Assembly (NCBI GenBank): GCA_019058365.1
Contig: JAHPZE010000002.1
Coordinates: forward strand, 1 to 64,000
DNA length: 64,000 nt
DNA from: Promethearchaeota archaeon
GTDB lineage: Archaea > Asgardarchaeota > Lokiarchaeia > Sigyniarchaeales > SOKP01
Direction: 5' to 3'
Under the pieces are notes generated by a model, which was not told the origin of the DNA, searched no databases, and saw nothing but the letters and a program-made list of their open reading frames with translations. Each line of letters starts with the position of its first letter. Position 1 is the first letter of the stretch. Below, piece by piece: positions 29,758-38,734 of the stretch. The translations under genes and the position numbers were made by a program.

Positions 29758-30830
29758 CTACAACTAAATTTTTAGAAATTGATGGTTCTTTCGGAGAAGG
29801 TGGAGGCGCAATACTTCGAATAGGAGCGGGATTTTCAATATTATTCAAACGCCCAATTCGAATAAAAAATATAAGAGCTAATAGACCTAAACCTGGTCTA
29901 AGATTACAGCATTTGATTGGATTAAGAACCCTAGCAGAATTAACAAATAGTAATTTATCTAATTGTGCGGTTGGAACTAAAGAAATCACTTTAAGTCCTA
30001 AGCAATCCATAAAAGATAATATACGGGTTGAAATTGGAACCGCTGGAAGTATAGGATTATTACTCCAGCCGATTCAAATTGCTTGTTTGGGATTCAATAC
30101 ACCAGAAAAAATTGAAATAATTGTGAACGGTGGAGGTACATTTGGTAAATGGGCTCCTGGTCTTAATTATCTTAGTGAAATTACTTATAAAATTTTTAGA
30201 ACTCATGGTTTTAAAATTGATGTTGATATTCAAAAGCATGGTTTTTATCCTAAAGGAGGTGCTCTTGTAAAATGTAATCTATATCCTTCTAAAAGTAAAT
30301 TGAGACCAATATGTTTAACTGAATTAGGGAATGTTGAATTAATTCAAGGCGAAATAGTTACTGCTAACCAACTAAAAAAAAATAAAGTGAATGAAAGAAT
30401 AAAAAAAACTGCTCAAGAACAATTAAAGAAAGAACTCAAAATGGATATTGAAATTAATTCTAAATATGTAAATTCATTAAGTCCTGGAGTGGGTTTTTAT
30501 TTATGGGCAAGTTCTGATACTGGAGCTTCTATTTCTTCTGGAACGATACTTGGTGAATATAACATTACTTCTGAAAATCTTGCTAAACGGACTGCTAATG
30601 AGTTTATAAAATATATTAAAAAAGAGATTCCTGTGGATAATTATCTAAGTGATCAATTAATACCTTTTATGGGTTTCATTAAGGAATCATCGAGAATAAA
30701 AGTACTTGAGATTACTAACCATACTAAAACTAACTTAGAACTAATTAAATTGTTTTTAAAAAGAAATTATAGAATTTTACACGATAATAATAATTTCATA
30801 ATAGAACTTCAAGAGTTAGATAAAAATTAA
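29754..30830 (+). CDS. rtcA: RNA 3'-terminal phosphate cyclase
   Basis: IDGSFGEGGGAILR, IRANRPKPGLRLQH, GFYPKGG, YLSDQL, catalytic TNHTKTN. Confidence 0.95.
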   Translation: MTTTKFLEIDGSFGEGGGAILRIGAGFSILFKRPIRIKNIRANRPKPGLRLQHLIGLRTLAELTNSNLSNCAVGTKEITLSPKQSIKDNIRVEIGTAGSIGLLLQPIQIACLGFNTPEKIEIIVNGGGTFGKWAPGLNYLSEITYKIFRTHGFKIDVDIQKHGFYPKGGALVKCNLYPSKSKLRPICLTELGNVELIQGEIVTANQLKKNKVNERIKKTAQEQLKKELKMDIEINSKYVNSLSPGVGFYLWASSDTGASISSGTILGEYNITSENLAKRTANEFIKYIKKEIPVDNYLSDQLIPFMGFIKESSRIKVLEITNHTKTNLELIKLFLKRNYRILHDNNNFIIELQELDKN

Positions 30831-30939
30831 TATATAAACAAAGTTATAATTATGGTTAGGTTAAAAAATTTCAAGAAATTTTTATAAGATTATTTTATTA
30901 TATGATTATTATAAAAATTAATAAAACTTACTTATAAGA

Positions 30940-31866
30940 ATGTCCAAGACAGTTGCAGCATTCCAACGTTGTCCAAGATGTGGAAATGAGAATACTGCTG
31001 ATAGTTTTGCATGCAATTTCTGTGGTATTAGACTAAAAACCGAAAGAATTGAAAATATTAGGTTTTTTAGACGATATGAAGCAGAATGGTCTACGCCATA
31101 TCCATGGTATTTCAAAATTCTCTATCTTTTCGTGAATCCTCCAAAAGCTTTTTTTGATATAAATCATAAAAGAAGTAAAGCTCCTGGATGGTTAATTTTA
31201 TTATTCTCTTCATTATTATACGGTTTAATGGGTTTGGCATTTTTATCACATTTTAATTTTGTTGGTGTTGATATTTTTGATCCAATCATAGCCGCCATTA
31301 GTTTCAGTTTTTTTAGTGCTTTTTTCATGTTTGGATTTTGTTTTCAATTAATATTTTTTGCAATTTTAATATGGTTATTTAGTAAGGGTGCCAATTATGC
31401 TGTAGGGTTCACAGATAAATTAGAAAAACGGTTTGGAGGAATAAAAGAACAAAGAGAAAAGTATGGACAAACAGATGTAAGCCCATTTAGTATTTATAAA
31501 GGTGGGACAATGCTTCAATTAGAGGGCTCATATAAATTCAAAATGATGTTATGTGCGTTTACACCATTCTTATTAATAAATGGTATTAAAATTTTAATTG
31601 TACTTGCCGGCTTTCCACCAGTTAGTCTCACTGATTTTTCATCTTTTAATCAAGCATTACTTGATACGTTGTTTAATTCTAAAACTTGGGCAATATTAGA
31701 TATAATTGATGCGTTAACTATAGCTGTATGGGTACCTATTTTAATGACCTTAGCTATAAGAGAATTAAGTAATTCTTCTACTACTCGAGTCTTAATCCCT
31801 ACAATTATTATTGGTGTTTTGGTCGCTATATTCTTCTATTTTTTGCGACCAACCCTATTTGGTTAA
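30940..31866 (+). CDS. Zinc-ribbon + Yip1-domain membrane protein
   Basis: CPRCG...CNFCG, then LFVNPPKAFFDI and multiple TM helices. Confidence 0.75.
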   Translation: MSKTVAAFQRCPRCGNENTADSFACNFCGIRLKTERIENIRFFRRYEAEWSTPYPWYFKILYLFVNPPKAFFDINHKRSKAPGWLILLFSSLLYGLMGLAFLSHFNFVGVDIFDPIIAAISFSFFSAFFMFGFCFQLIFFAILIWLFSKGANYAVGFTDKLEKRFGGIKEQREKYGQTDVSPFSIYKGGTMLQLEGSYKFKMMLCAFTPFLLINGIKILIVLAGFPPVSLTDFSSFNQALLDTLFNSKTWAILDIIDALTIAVWVPILMTLAIRELSNSSTTRVLIPTIIIGVLVAIFFYFLRPTLFG

Positions 31867-31931
31867 ATTTATTAACTCTTATTCCAAATGTTATATAAAA
31901 ATTTTGATTATTTTAAATATTTAATTGTGAT

Positions 31932-32555
31932 ATGGTAGAAAATAATAAGAACAATTCAGATGTGGAATTTAAAATTGAATCTGAACTATTTGCGTTAGTT
32001 AAATCCATAACAAATTTAAATAATAAATATCAAAAAGGCACAGTTAATGATAATTTTTTCAGAAAAGCTTTGAAAAGTACTATGAATAATTTTTTAAAGT
32101 TAAGTTTTATTATAAAAGAAAATAACCTTCAGTTACCAGATCTATTAAACAAAATGAACATATCTCGAGAGTACAATTCCGTGTTGGATCTTATCAATCG
32201 TATTTACACTCTAAATTTATCCGACAATAAAATAATTACTAAAAATCATAGTTTTTTGGAGTTACCTGGCATTACTTCAGAAATTACCTCCTCTTTTATA
32301 ACACTTATGGATGCTTTAACTTTAGATGGTCTAACAAAAAAAGAAATAATTTTTAATTTATTTGATGAATTAAATCATAACTTGGGTAATTTTCCAGGAT
32401 TAGATGATACACTAGATAAAGTCAAGTCAGTACAAAAAAGTGCTGCAAATCAAATTGATTTACTAAGATCCGATGCAAAATTAAGAGAAAAATTAATAAA
32501 TGAGTTATATCAAATATTTAAAGAATTTCAAAATAAATTGAATCTCAAATCCTAA
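31932..32555 (+). CDS. vps28: Vps28-like (ESCRT-I) protein
   Basis: ESELFALVKSITNLNNKY resembles the Vps28 core motif ELFA..KT...LEKAY; ITSEITSSFITLMDAL resembles the C-terminal domain motif FIT.MD.L; ends ELYQIFKEF. Confidence 0.72.
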   Translation: MVENNKNNSDVEFKIESELFALVKSITNLNNKYQKGTVNDNFFRKALKSTMNNFLKLSFIIKENNLQLPDLLNKMNISREYNSVLDLINRIYTLNLSDNKIITKNHSFLELPGITSEITSSFITLMDALTLDGLTKKEIIFNLFDELNHNLGNFPGLDDTLDKVKSVQKSAANQIDLLRSDAKLREKLINELYQIFKEFQNKLNLKS

Positions 32556-32601
32556 GTAAAATAATAAAATTAATATTTTTTCTCTTATTTAAAATCACAT
32601 A

Positions 32602-32871
32602 ATGCCCCGTCCCGGTTTAAGATCTAAAACCCAAGCAAGGAAAAAATTAAGCACGCCTGGGAATCAAAATGTCACCCATTATTGGAGAAAAAAACCCAAA
32701 AGAGCAAATTGTGCGATTTGTAAAAAACCTCTTCAGGCTGTTCCAAGATTACGACCTTCCAAAATGGTTAAAACCCAATTAACCTCAAGAAGGGCAAATA
32801 GAATGGAAAGTGGAAGGTATTGTGCAAACTGTCTTCAGACTTTAATAAAAGAGACCGTTTGGAGTCAATAA
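32602..32871 (+). CDS. rpl34e: 50S ribosomal protein eL34
   Basis: MPRPGLRS, TPG, CAICKKPLQAVPRLRP, CANCL. Confidence 0.95.
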   Translation: MPRPGLRSKTQARKKLSTPGNQNVTHYWRKKPKRANCAICKKPLQAVPRLRPSKMVKTQLTSRRANRMESGRYCANCLQTLIKETVWSQ

Positions 32872-32973
32872 AATTTCTCTGATTTTTTTTAATTTCTTTT
32901 GCTTTAATAATAAAAATCATAAATATTCTTCTTCTTAATTGAATTAATATTTAAATTAAAATAACCAAATAAA

Positions 32974-33507
32974 ATGATTATAACAATTTCAGGACCTCAT
33001 GGAACTGGAAAATCTACAATAGGAAAATTAATTGCAGAAAAGTTTGGAATCCAATATTATAGTACTGGACAAGCTTTCAGAGATCTAGCACAAGAAATGA
33101 ATATGACTTTAGAAGAATTTACTAAATATGCAGAAAAACATCCTAAAATTGATGAAAAGCTAGATGATAAAATAAATGAAATTGCTCAAAGAGGGAATAT
33201 AATTATTGATAGTCAATTAAGTGGGCATATTCTGAAAACTATAGCAGATTTGAAAATACTGTTAATATGCCCTTTAGAAATCAGAGTTAAACGGATGGCT
33301 GAAAGAGATAATACAAATTATGAAAAAAAGTTAAAAGAAACCAAATTAAGAGAAAAATCAGAATTGGAACGATTTCATAGTCTCTATGATATCGATTTGA
33401 GTGATCAAGAGGCTTTAAAAAAAATATATGATCTTATCATAAACACAGAAAACCTCACAATCGAAGATATCGTAGAAAAAATTCTTACAAAATTAAAAAA
33501 ATTGTAA
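32974..33507 (+). CDS. cmk: Cytidylate kinase (archaeal)
   Basis: ITISGPHGTGKST, GQAFRDLA, RVKRMAERD; eL34-cmk-eL14 synteny. Confidence 0.93.
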   Translation: MIITISGPHGTGKSTIGKLIAEKFGIQYYSTGQAFRDLAQEMNMTLEEFTKYAEKHPKIDEKLDDKINEIAQRGNIIIDSQLSGHILKTIADLKILLICPLEIRVKRMAERDNTNYEKKLKETKLREKSELERFHSLYDIDLSDQEALKKIYDLIINTENLTIEDIVEKILTKLKKL

Positions 33508-33647
33508 AAATCTTTTTAGTTTTGAAAAACACAAAAATTTTATTTTAATATTGATTTATAATAATACTATAAATTAATTACGTTTACTGGATGTTAAAAA
33601 TAGCCAGTAATTAAGAATTATTTAAAAATAATTTGGTGACAAATTAT

Positions 33648-33920
33648 ATGAGCGTATATGATATTGGTAGACTATGCGTTAAAACTATGGGAAGAGAAGC
33701 AGGATTTCACTGTGTAATTGTTGATATCATTGATAAAAACTACTTGCTAATTGATGGATTAAAAGTCCGAAGAAGAAGAGTAAATTATAGACATATCGAA
33801 CCAATCACAGAAACAATAGAAATTAAAAAAGGAGCATCACATGAGCATGTAGAAACTGCGATCAAAAAGTCTAAATTAGAAAAGAAAATGAATGAAGTTA
33901 TCTCTATCCCAATCAAATAG
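33648..33920 (+). CDS. rpl14e: 50S ribosomal protein eL14
   Basis: IGRLCVKTMGREAG, VIVDIIDKNY, VRRRRVN. Confidence 0.95.
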   Translation: MSVYDIGRLCVKTMGREAGFHCVIVDIIDKNYLLIDGLKVRRRRVNYRHIEPITETIEIKKGASHEHVETAIKKSKLEKKMNEVISIPIK

Positions 33921-33968
33921 TCAGAATAAAGATTAACATAAAAAACATTTTATTTTCATTTTTTAAAT

Positions 33969-34101
33969 GCAACGGTTGCCTAGCCCGGTACGGCGCTGGC
34001 TTGGAGTGGGAAGTTTCACCCAGAAAGCCAGTGTGTGAATGCACTCGGGGGTTCAAATAATAAGAATCATCTTCTTATTGGAATAAATCCCTCCCGTTGC
34101 G
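33969..34101 (+). tRNA. tRNA-Ser (GGA) with two BHB introns (34007-34025 at 37/38; 34057-34086 in the T-loop); 84 nt mature
   Basis: Acceptor GCAACGG/CCGTTGC, anticodon stem CTGGC/GCCAG with GGA at 34003-34005, long variable arm GTGT-GAAT-GCAC, G73. Confidence 0.93.
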
Positions 34102-34126
34102 TATTTTTCTCTATAGATTTATTGGA

Positions 34127-34729
34127 CTAAACATCGGGAAATTCTAAAGATTTTGCTTTTTGCCCTGCGAACATTCCACCCATACCACCAGAAGCCTGTG
34201 ACTGAAGCTTTAGCAATCTTTGTGTTAATGTATTAATTCCTAATGAACATAGGAAATACCACGAAGTAAAATTAATCCAAACTGAACCAGCACGGATAAA
34301 ATTTCCTATTAAAGGAATATCATTAGCATTCATAGGACTAAGGGCAACTGGAGCTCCTCTAAACAACATATTCACAATACCAAAAATTATTATCATTGGA
34401 ACAAACGTAATACAAGTTGGTTTCATCCTTTGAAGTGTCATTTTTTGTTGAGACTTTTTTATCATTGTATCTTTCCTTTCCCATCTTTTTCTAGCTTTTT
34501 TATAACGTTCAGGGTCTATTTCAGCCAAATCTATGATCTTTTGTTTTTCTTCTTCATGAGCTTTGGTTTGTGTTTGTTTACGATTTATCTCATTTGTATC
34601 TACCAACCACCTTGTTAAAAGAGTGCTTATTAATGCTGTTGTTATAGCTAATAATAAAACAAATATCATTGTTCCCGGAGGAGTGGTAATCAAATCCAAA
34701 AATGCATTTTGCAAGATTGAAAACAACAT
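34127..34729 (-). CDS. DUF106 / EMC3-TMCO1 family membrane insertase
   Basis: TM, coiled coil, MKPTCITFVP, WYFLCS; follows secY. Confidence 0.9.
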   Translation of the reverse strand: MLFSILQNAFLDLITTPPGTMIFVLLLAITTALISTLLTRWLVDTNEINRKQTQTKAHEEEKQKIIDLAEIDPERYKKARKRWERKDTMIKKSQQKMTLQRMKPTCITFVPMIIIFGIVNMLFRGAPVALSPMNANDIPLIGNFIRAGSVWINFTSWYFLCSLGINTLTQRLLKLQSQASGGMGGMFAGQKAKSLEFPDV

Positions 34730-34890
34730 ATCAATATTTATTTATATTGAAATGGTAATAAACTTTTCAGATGAGGTTCTCTTCAGAAAAATCTATCAAG
34801 AATTTTAAATATTCTAATTAAAGGTATTTTTATCGTTATAATATTTACCATTTTGGCTATAATTGCCAACTATAACAGAAAAAATATTTT

Positions 34891-36369
34891 TTAGTCCATT
34901 CCTAGCAGGGCTCTCATACCCGGATACTGACTTGCAGCTAATTCTTTCGAAATCGTCTCGGCATAATTGTGGATGATTCCGATGGCAATTAGTAATCCCG
35001 TGCCTGAAGACAATGCTCTTAAAGTGTCGGCAGAAAAACTTATCACCGCAATAATGATTCCGTTTAATATAATTAATGTTGGGATATATCGTTTTAAAAT
35101 TCTCTCGATTATTTTTGATGAACTTCGGAATCCAGGAACTTCCATTTTTGAATCTATTATTTGATCCGCGATGTCACGGGGGGCGAGTCCTGAGACTTCA
35201 ACCCAGACTCGGCCGAGCAATATACAAAGAAAAATCAATACTACCAGATAAAAGATTGCTCGGAATGGATCTGCTACTACTTGATCAATTCCCAATGGTG
35301 GAGTAAGTAAATATATCAACCCAGATGTAGGTATGAGTTGGTTTCCTGAAACAGTACCAGTCCCTTCTTGAATACGAAATACTCCTATCAAATTGACCCA
35401 AAAATCAGGAATGAGTCCTCCATTTTTCGCTCGTATTCCTGAATAAGGTCCCGCGAACAATTGCCCAAAGAATAAAACGTTAGCATATAATGCATTAACC
35501 AAAATTACGGGAATATTTGAAACATAAAGCAATTTCATTGGATATTTCGATTTAAAACCTCGATAGCCTCGATATGCAAGAGGGATTTCAATGCGCGTAG
35601 ATTCAAACCAAATTACCACTAGAAAAATAATTATGGTGGTAACGATACCTAATAACGAGGGAAATGAACCTCTTAATAAAATCTGCCCTAGATTTGTGTC
35701 AGATTTTCCATCAAATAACACGGTAAAGAAAGCGATAACTATACCTCTAGGGAGATTATCTTGAGCAGGAATCCAACTGAAACAATTCCAAAATATTTGA
35801 CCGGAAACACCTGCTGCTATAAACAAGGAAACTCCGCTGCCAAGACCCCATCCTTTTTGAAGCAATTCATCTAATAATATTATTATTATTCCTGCAAACA
35901 GTAATTGAAAGAAAATAAAAAAAGCTCCCTGTATGCCTATTTCTGACAATTTCCCAAATGCTCCTCCCGCAATATATGCTATAGAATTGAAAATGGTTAA
36001 AAACACTGCCATCACTTTTTGAGCTCCACTAAACATAGCTCTGTCGTATGGATCGGACATGTTTACATTAATTATTTTAGACCCTAGAAGCAGTTGCATA
36101 ATAAGACCCGCTGTGACTATCGGACCTATACCTAATTCCGTTAATGTTCCTCTCTGACTAGCAAGAATAACTCTTAACCAATAGAAATAATCAGTTGAAT
36201 CTGCAAGGTTTACACCATATAGAGGAATATTACTTAATATTATATAAATAATAAGTACAACAGCTGTCCAAATAAACTTTTCTTTAAAAGTAACCTCGCG
36301 TTGCGGCTGTTTGATTTCCGGCATTGCTTTTACGAATGGTGTGAAGAATTTAAGGAACTTTCCAGCCAT
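34891..36369 (-). CDS. secY: Preprotein translocase SecY/Sec61 alpha
   Basis: LTELGIGPIVTAG, KGWGLGSGVSLFIA, LLYVSNIPVIL, VPGFR, SGTGLLI. Confidence 0.98.
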   Translation of the reverse strand: MAGKFLKFFTPFVKAMPEIKQPQREVTFKEKFIWTAVVLIIYIILSNIPLYGVNLADSTDYFYWLRVILASQRGTLTELGIGPIVTAGLIMQLLLGSKIINVNMSDPYDRAMFSGAQKVMAVFLTIFNSIAYIAGGAFGKLSEIGIQGAFFIFFQLLFAGIIIILLDELLQKGWGLGSGVSLFIAAGVSGQIFWNCFSWIPAQDNLPRGIVIAFFTVLFDGKSDTNLGQILLRGSFPSLLGIVTTIIIFLVVIWFESTRIEIPLAYRGYRGFKSKYPMKLLYVSNIPVILVNALYANVLFFGQLFAGPYSGIRAKNGGLIPDFWVNLIGVFRIQEGTGTVSGNQLIPTSGLIYLLTPPLGIDQVVADPFRAIFYLVVLIFLCILLGRVWVEVSGLAPRDIADQIIDSKMEVPGFRSSSKIIERILKRYIPTLIILNGIIIAVISFSADTLRALSSGTGLLIAIGIIHNYAETISKELAASQYPGMRALLGMD

Positions 36370-36735
36370 ATTTAATCAGCAACGTAAGTATTTTTGAATA
36401 GTTAGCGATAATTGCACTAACTTATTAATATCAAATTCTTAAATTTGAAGTGTAATTTTAAAAAAATAGAATTTTAAAAAAAGTTTGCGATTTAATAATG
36501 TATCTGATATGATGATGATTCAAATATTTAAAGTAGAATTATGAAATATAAAAAAAGTAAATAAAAAAATATCTATCTTTTATGTTATAAAAACCAAAAT
36601 TAATTAAATAAAATTCTAAAGATTTAATTTAAAATTGGTTTATATAAATCTTCCTTTTCTTTTATTTTTTTATTAATATTTATTATTTTATTTGCCAAAT
36701 TGCTTTCTTAGTTAATGAATTGTTTATTAGTGTCC

Positions 36736-37026
36736 TTAGAAAAGGGATCCAATCCCCGTAGGCTCTTCTTCGACTGCTTCTTCTTTTTCCTTCTTTTTTT
36801 CCTTCTTTTTTTCAGTTTTTTCTCCGGCAGGAGCTACCATTACCGGCATAGACCCAGCAGATTTTATAATTTCATCAATATCTGCTTGTTTTAGACCAGC
36901 AATTAATTTAACGATTTGATCTTTATCAACTTTCGCACCTGCGGCAGTTAATACTTTTTCTACATTCGCTTCGTTAATTTTTCCTCCAGCTTTATGTAAT
37001 AATAAGGCAGCGTAAATACTTTCCAT
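36736..37026 (-). CDS. rpl12: 50S ribosomal stalk protein P1 (aL12)
   Basis: MESIYAALLLH, acidic hinge, GIGSLF end. Confidence 0.96.
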   Translation of the reverse strand: MESIYAALLLHKAGGKINEANVEKVLTAAGAKVDKDQIVKLIAGLKQADIDEIIKSAGSMPVMVAPAGEKTEKKKEKKKEKEEAVEEEPTGIGSLF

Positions 37027-37101
37027 AATATCTAACCTCTTTTTTATTTTTTTATCTTAATATTAGTAATTTTAATTGAAATATCAAAAAATCTTAATTT
37101 T

Positions 37102-37995
37102 TTATCCAAAAAGACCTCCAATACCAACTTCTTCTTCCTCCTCGGTTTCATCTTCAGCTTTTTTTTCTTCAACTTTAGATTCTGGTTCAGCCGATAATTC
37201 GATCTCCTCTCCAAAGATCATTGCTTTTATTGTATTAACCTCAGATACAGCTTTCCGAATATATTCTTCTGTCATTTCCTCTAAATAGAATGGCATTTCA
37301 AAAAGAATTCCTAGTGCCTCTCTATAAACTTTAGTGAAATCTTGTTTGAATTTTATCATATCCATATATAAGATTTCTTCAGGGATTATTTCACCGTCGT
37401 TCCAAGCAAAGTGAATTTTTATCAATGATTCTATTGGTGTAATTCCCAGCTTTTTTAAAACCGCTGCTTGCTTAACATTAACCAAATCACCAGCTTTATG
37501 GGTTCTTGTATCTTCACGAACATGTATCGTATCATTCATAATTCTCGTTGGCAATCGCAATGTCATATTCAATTCACTAATTACTTGTCCTGTGGGTAAA
37601 CCAGTATCACCTGCAGGAACCCATATATCTACAGGAGTAACTTCATTGGGTTTTGCTGGTACCATCCACTCATTTTCAAGAAATATCTTTTTTAATTCAA
37701 ATAGATCAATATTTGTAAATACAAGACTAGATTGCCCAGGAATATGATTTGCAAATTCATCCAAGTTTTTCTTTTTAGCTTCACTTTTAAATTGTTCTAT
37801 TGCTCGTAATTGAAGTGATTTTTTAGACATTCTAAATACTGCTTTTCCTCTCAAAATTTTCCTCATTGTTTGAAATTGCATGTCGCTTATATGAGCAACA
37901 TCAATTACAGCGATGTTCTTATAATTTTTAAATAAATCAACTAAATGATTAATTTCATCTATCTTCCATTGTGGTATATGTTTTTTTTTAATCAT
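37102..37995 (-). CDS. rpl10: 50S ribosomal protein uL10 (P0); start taken as ATG 37995
   Basis: IPQWKIDEI, VPAGDTGLPTG, LKKLGITP, GIGGLFG end. Confidence 0.95.
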   Translation of the reverse strand: MIKKKHIPQWKIDEINHLVDLFKNYKNIAVIDVAHISDMQFQTMRKILRGKAVFRMSKKSLQLRAIEQFKSEAKKKNLDEFANHIPGQSSLVFTNIDLFELKKIFLENEWMVPAKPNEVTPVDIWVPAGDTGLPTGQVISELNMTLRLPTRIMNDTIHVREDTRTHKAGDLVNVKQAAVLKKLGITPIESLIKIHFAWNDGEIIPEEILYMDMIKFKQDFTKVYREALGILFEMPFYLEEMTEEYIRKAVSEVNTIKAMIFGEEIELSAEPESKVEEKKAEDETEEEEEVGIGGLFG

Positions 37996-37999
37996 TATT

Positions 38000-38728
38000 T
38001 CACACCTCAATACTTTTTAGGAACTCTTCTGTCACTTTCACGGGTTTTCCCATTGTAGATTTAAGATACATAGATTTAAAGTTGTTAAATTTGTGTGGCA
38101 TTTGATCAGCAATGAAATTCACTACAGCTTTCATATTTTCATATAACTTTTGCCTATCCAGAGATTTTTTACCGATCTTAGCGAAGATAATGGGTTGCTT
38201 TTTCATTTGAATCCTAATTATTTTTTTATATCGTTCATAAGCTACATTTAAATCTTCTACGCTAGAAATAATCCCATATCCAGTAGGAAAAGGTTTTGGC
38301 ATTTTACCAACGGGTCCAAGATATCTAGCTAAATATCGAGCGACATCTCTCATCATTTTATCTTCCACAACAAAAAATTCATATCTTTTAGCAAATTTTT
38401 TCTTGTATTTTTTCTCTTCATTATTCAAATTAATCAAACCGCTTGAATCTAAAGTTTCCACCCCAAGTTTTTTCGCTTCTTGTAAAATCTCATCTGACGC
38501 AATTACACAAATATTAGGTCTGTCATTTGTAATTACTTCATTTGATAAGATAATTTCTTTATCAATTCTGCTTTTTGGATCGTTTAGATTAATATCTTTA
38601 ATATTAATGATGATATCAATAGACTCATCGAATTTTCTGACTTTGCCTTTAAACCCTTCTTTCTTCATTATAGAAAAATCAATAGCAGCGTTTAATGATT
38701 TCTTTAATAATTTATCATCGACTTTCAA
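38000..38728 (-). CDS. rpl1: 50S ribosomal protein uL1
   Basis: RKFDESIDI, LGPVGKMPKP, YLKSTMGKPV. Confidence 0.96.
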   Translation of the reverse strand: MKVDDKLLKKSLNAAIDFSIMKKEGFKGKVRKFDESIDIIINIKDINLNDPKSRIDKEIILSNEVITNDRPNICVIASDEILQEAKKLGVETLDSSGLINLNNEEKKYKKKFAKRYEFFVVEDKMMRDVARYLARYLGPVGKMPKPFPTGYGIISSVEDLNVAYERYKKIIRIQMKKQPIIFAKIGKKSLDRQKLYENMKAVVNFIADQMPHKFNNFKSMYLKSTMGKPVKVTEEFLKSIEV

Positions 38729-38734
38729 ATTTTC

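Noticed and set aside
33969-34101. tRNA-Pro (TGG) reading
   Set aside because: Stem register puts GGA at 34-36, and the long variable arm and G73 indicate Ser.
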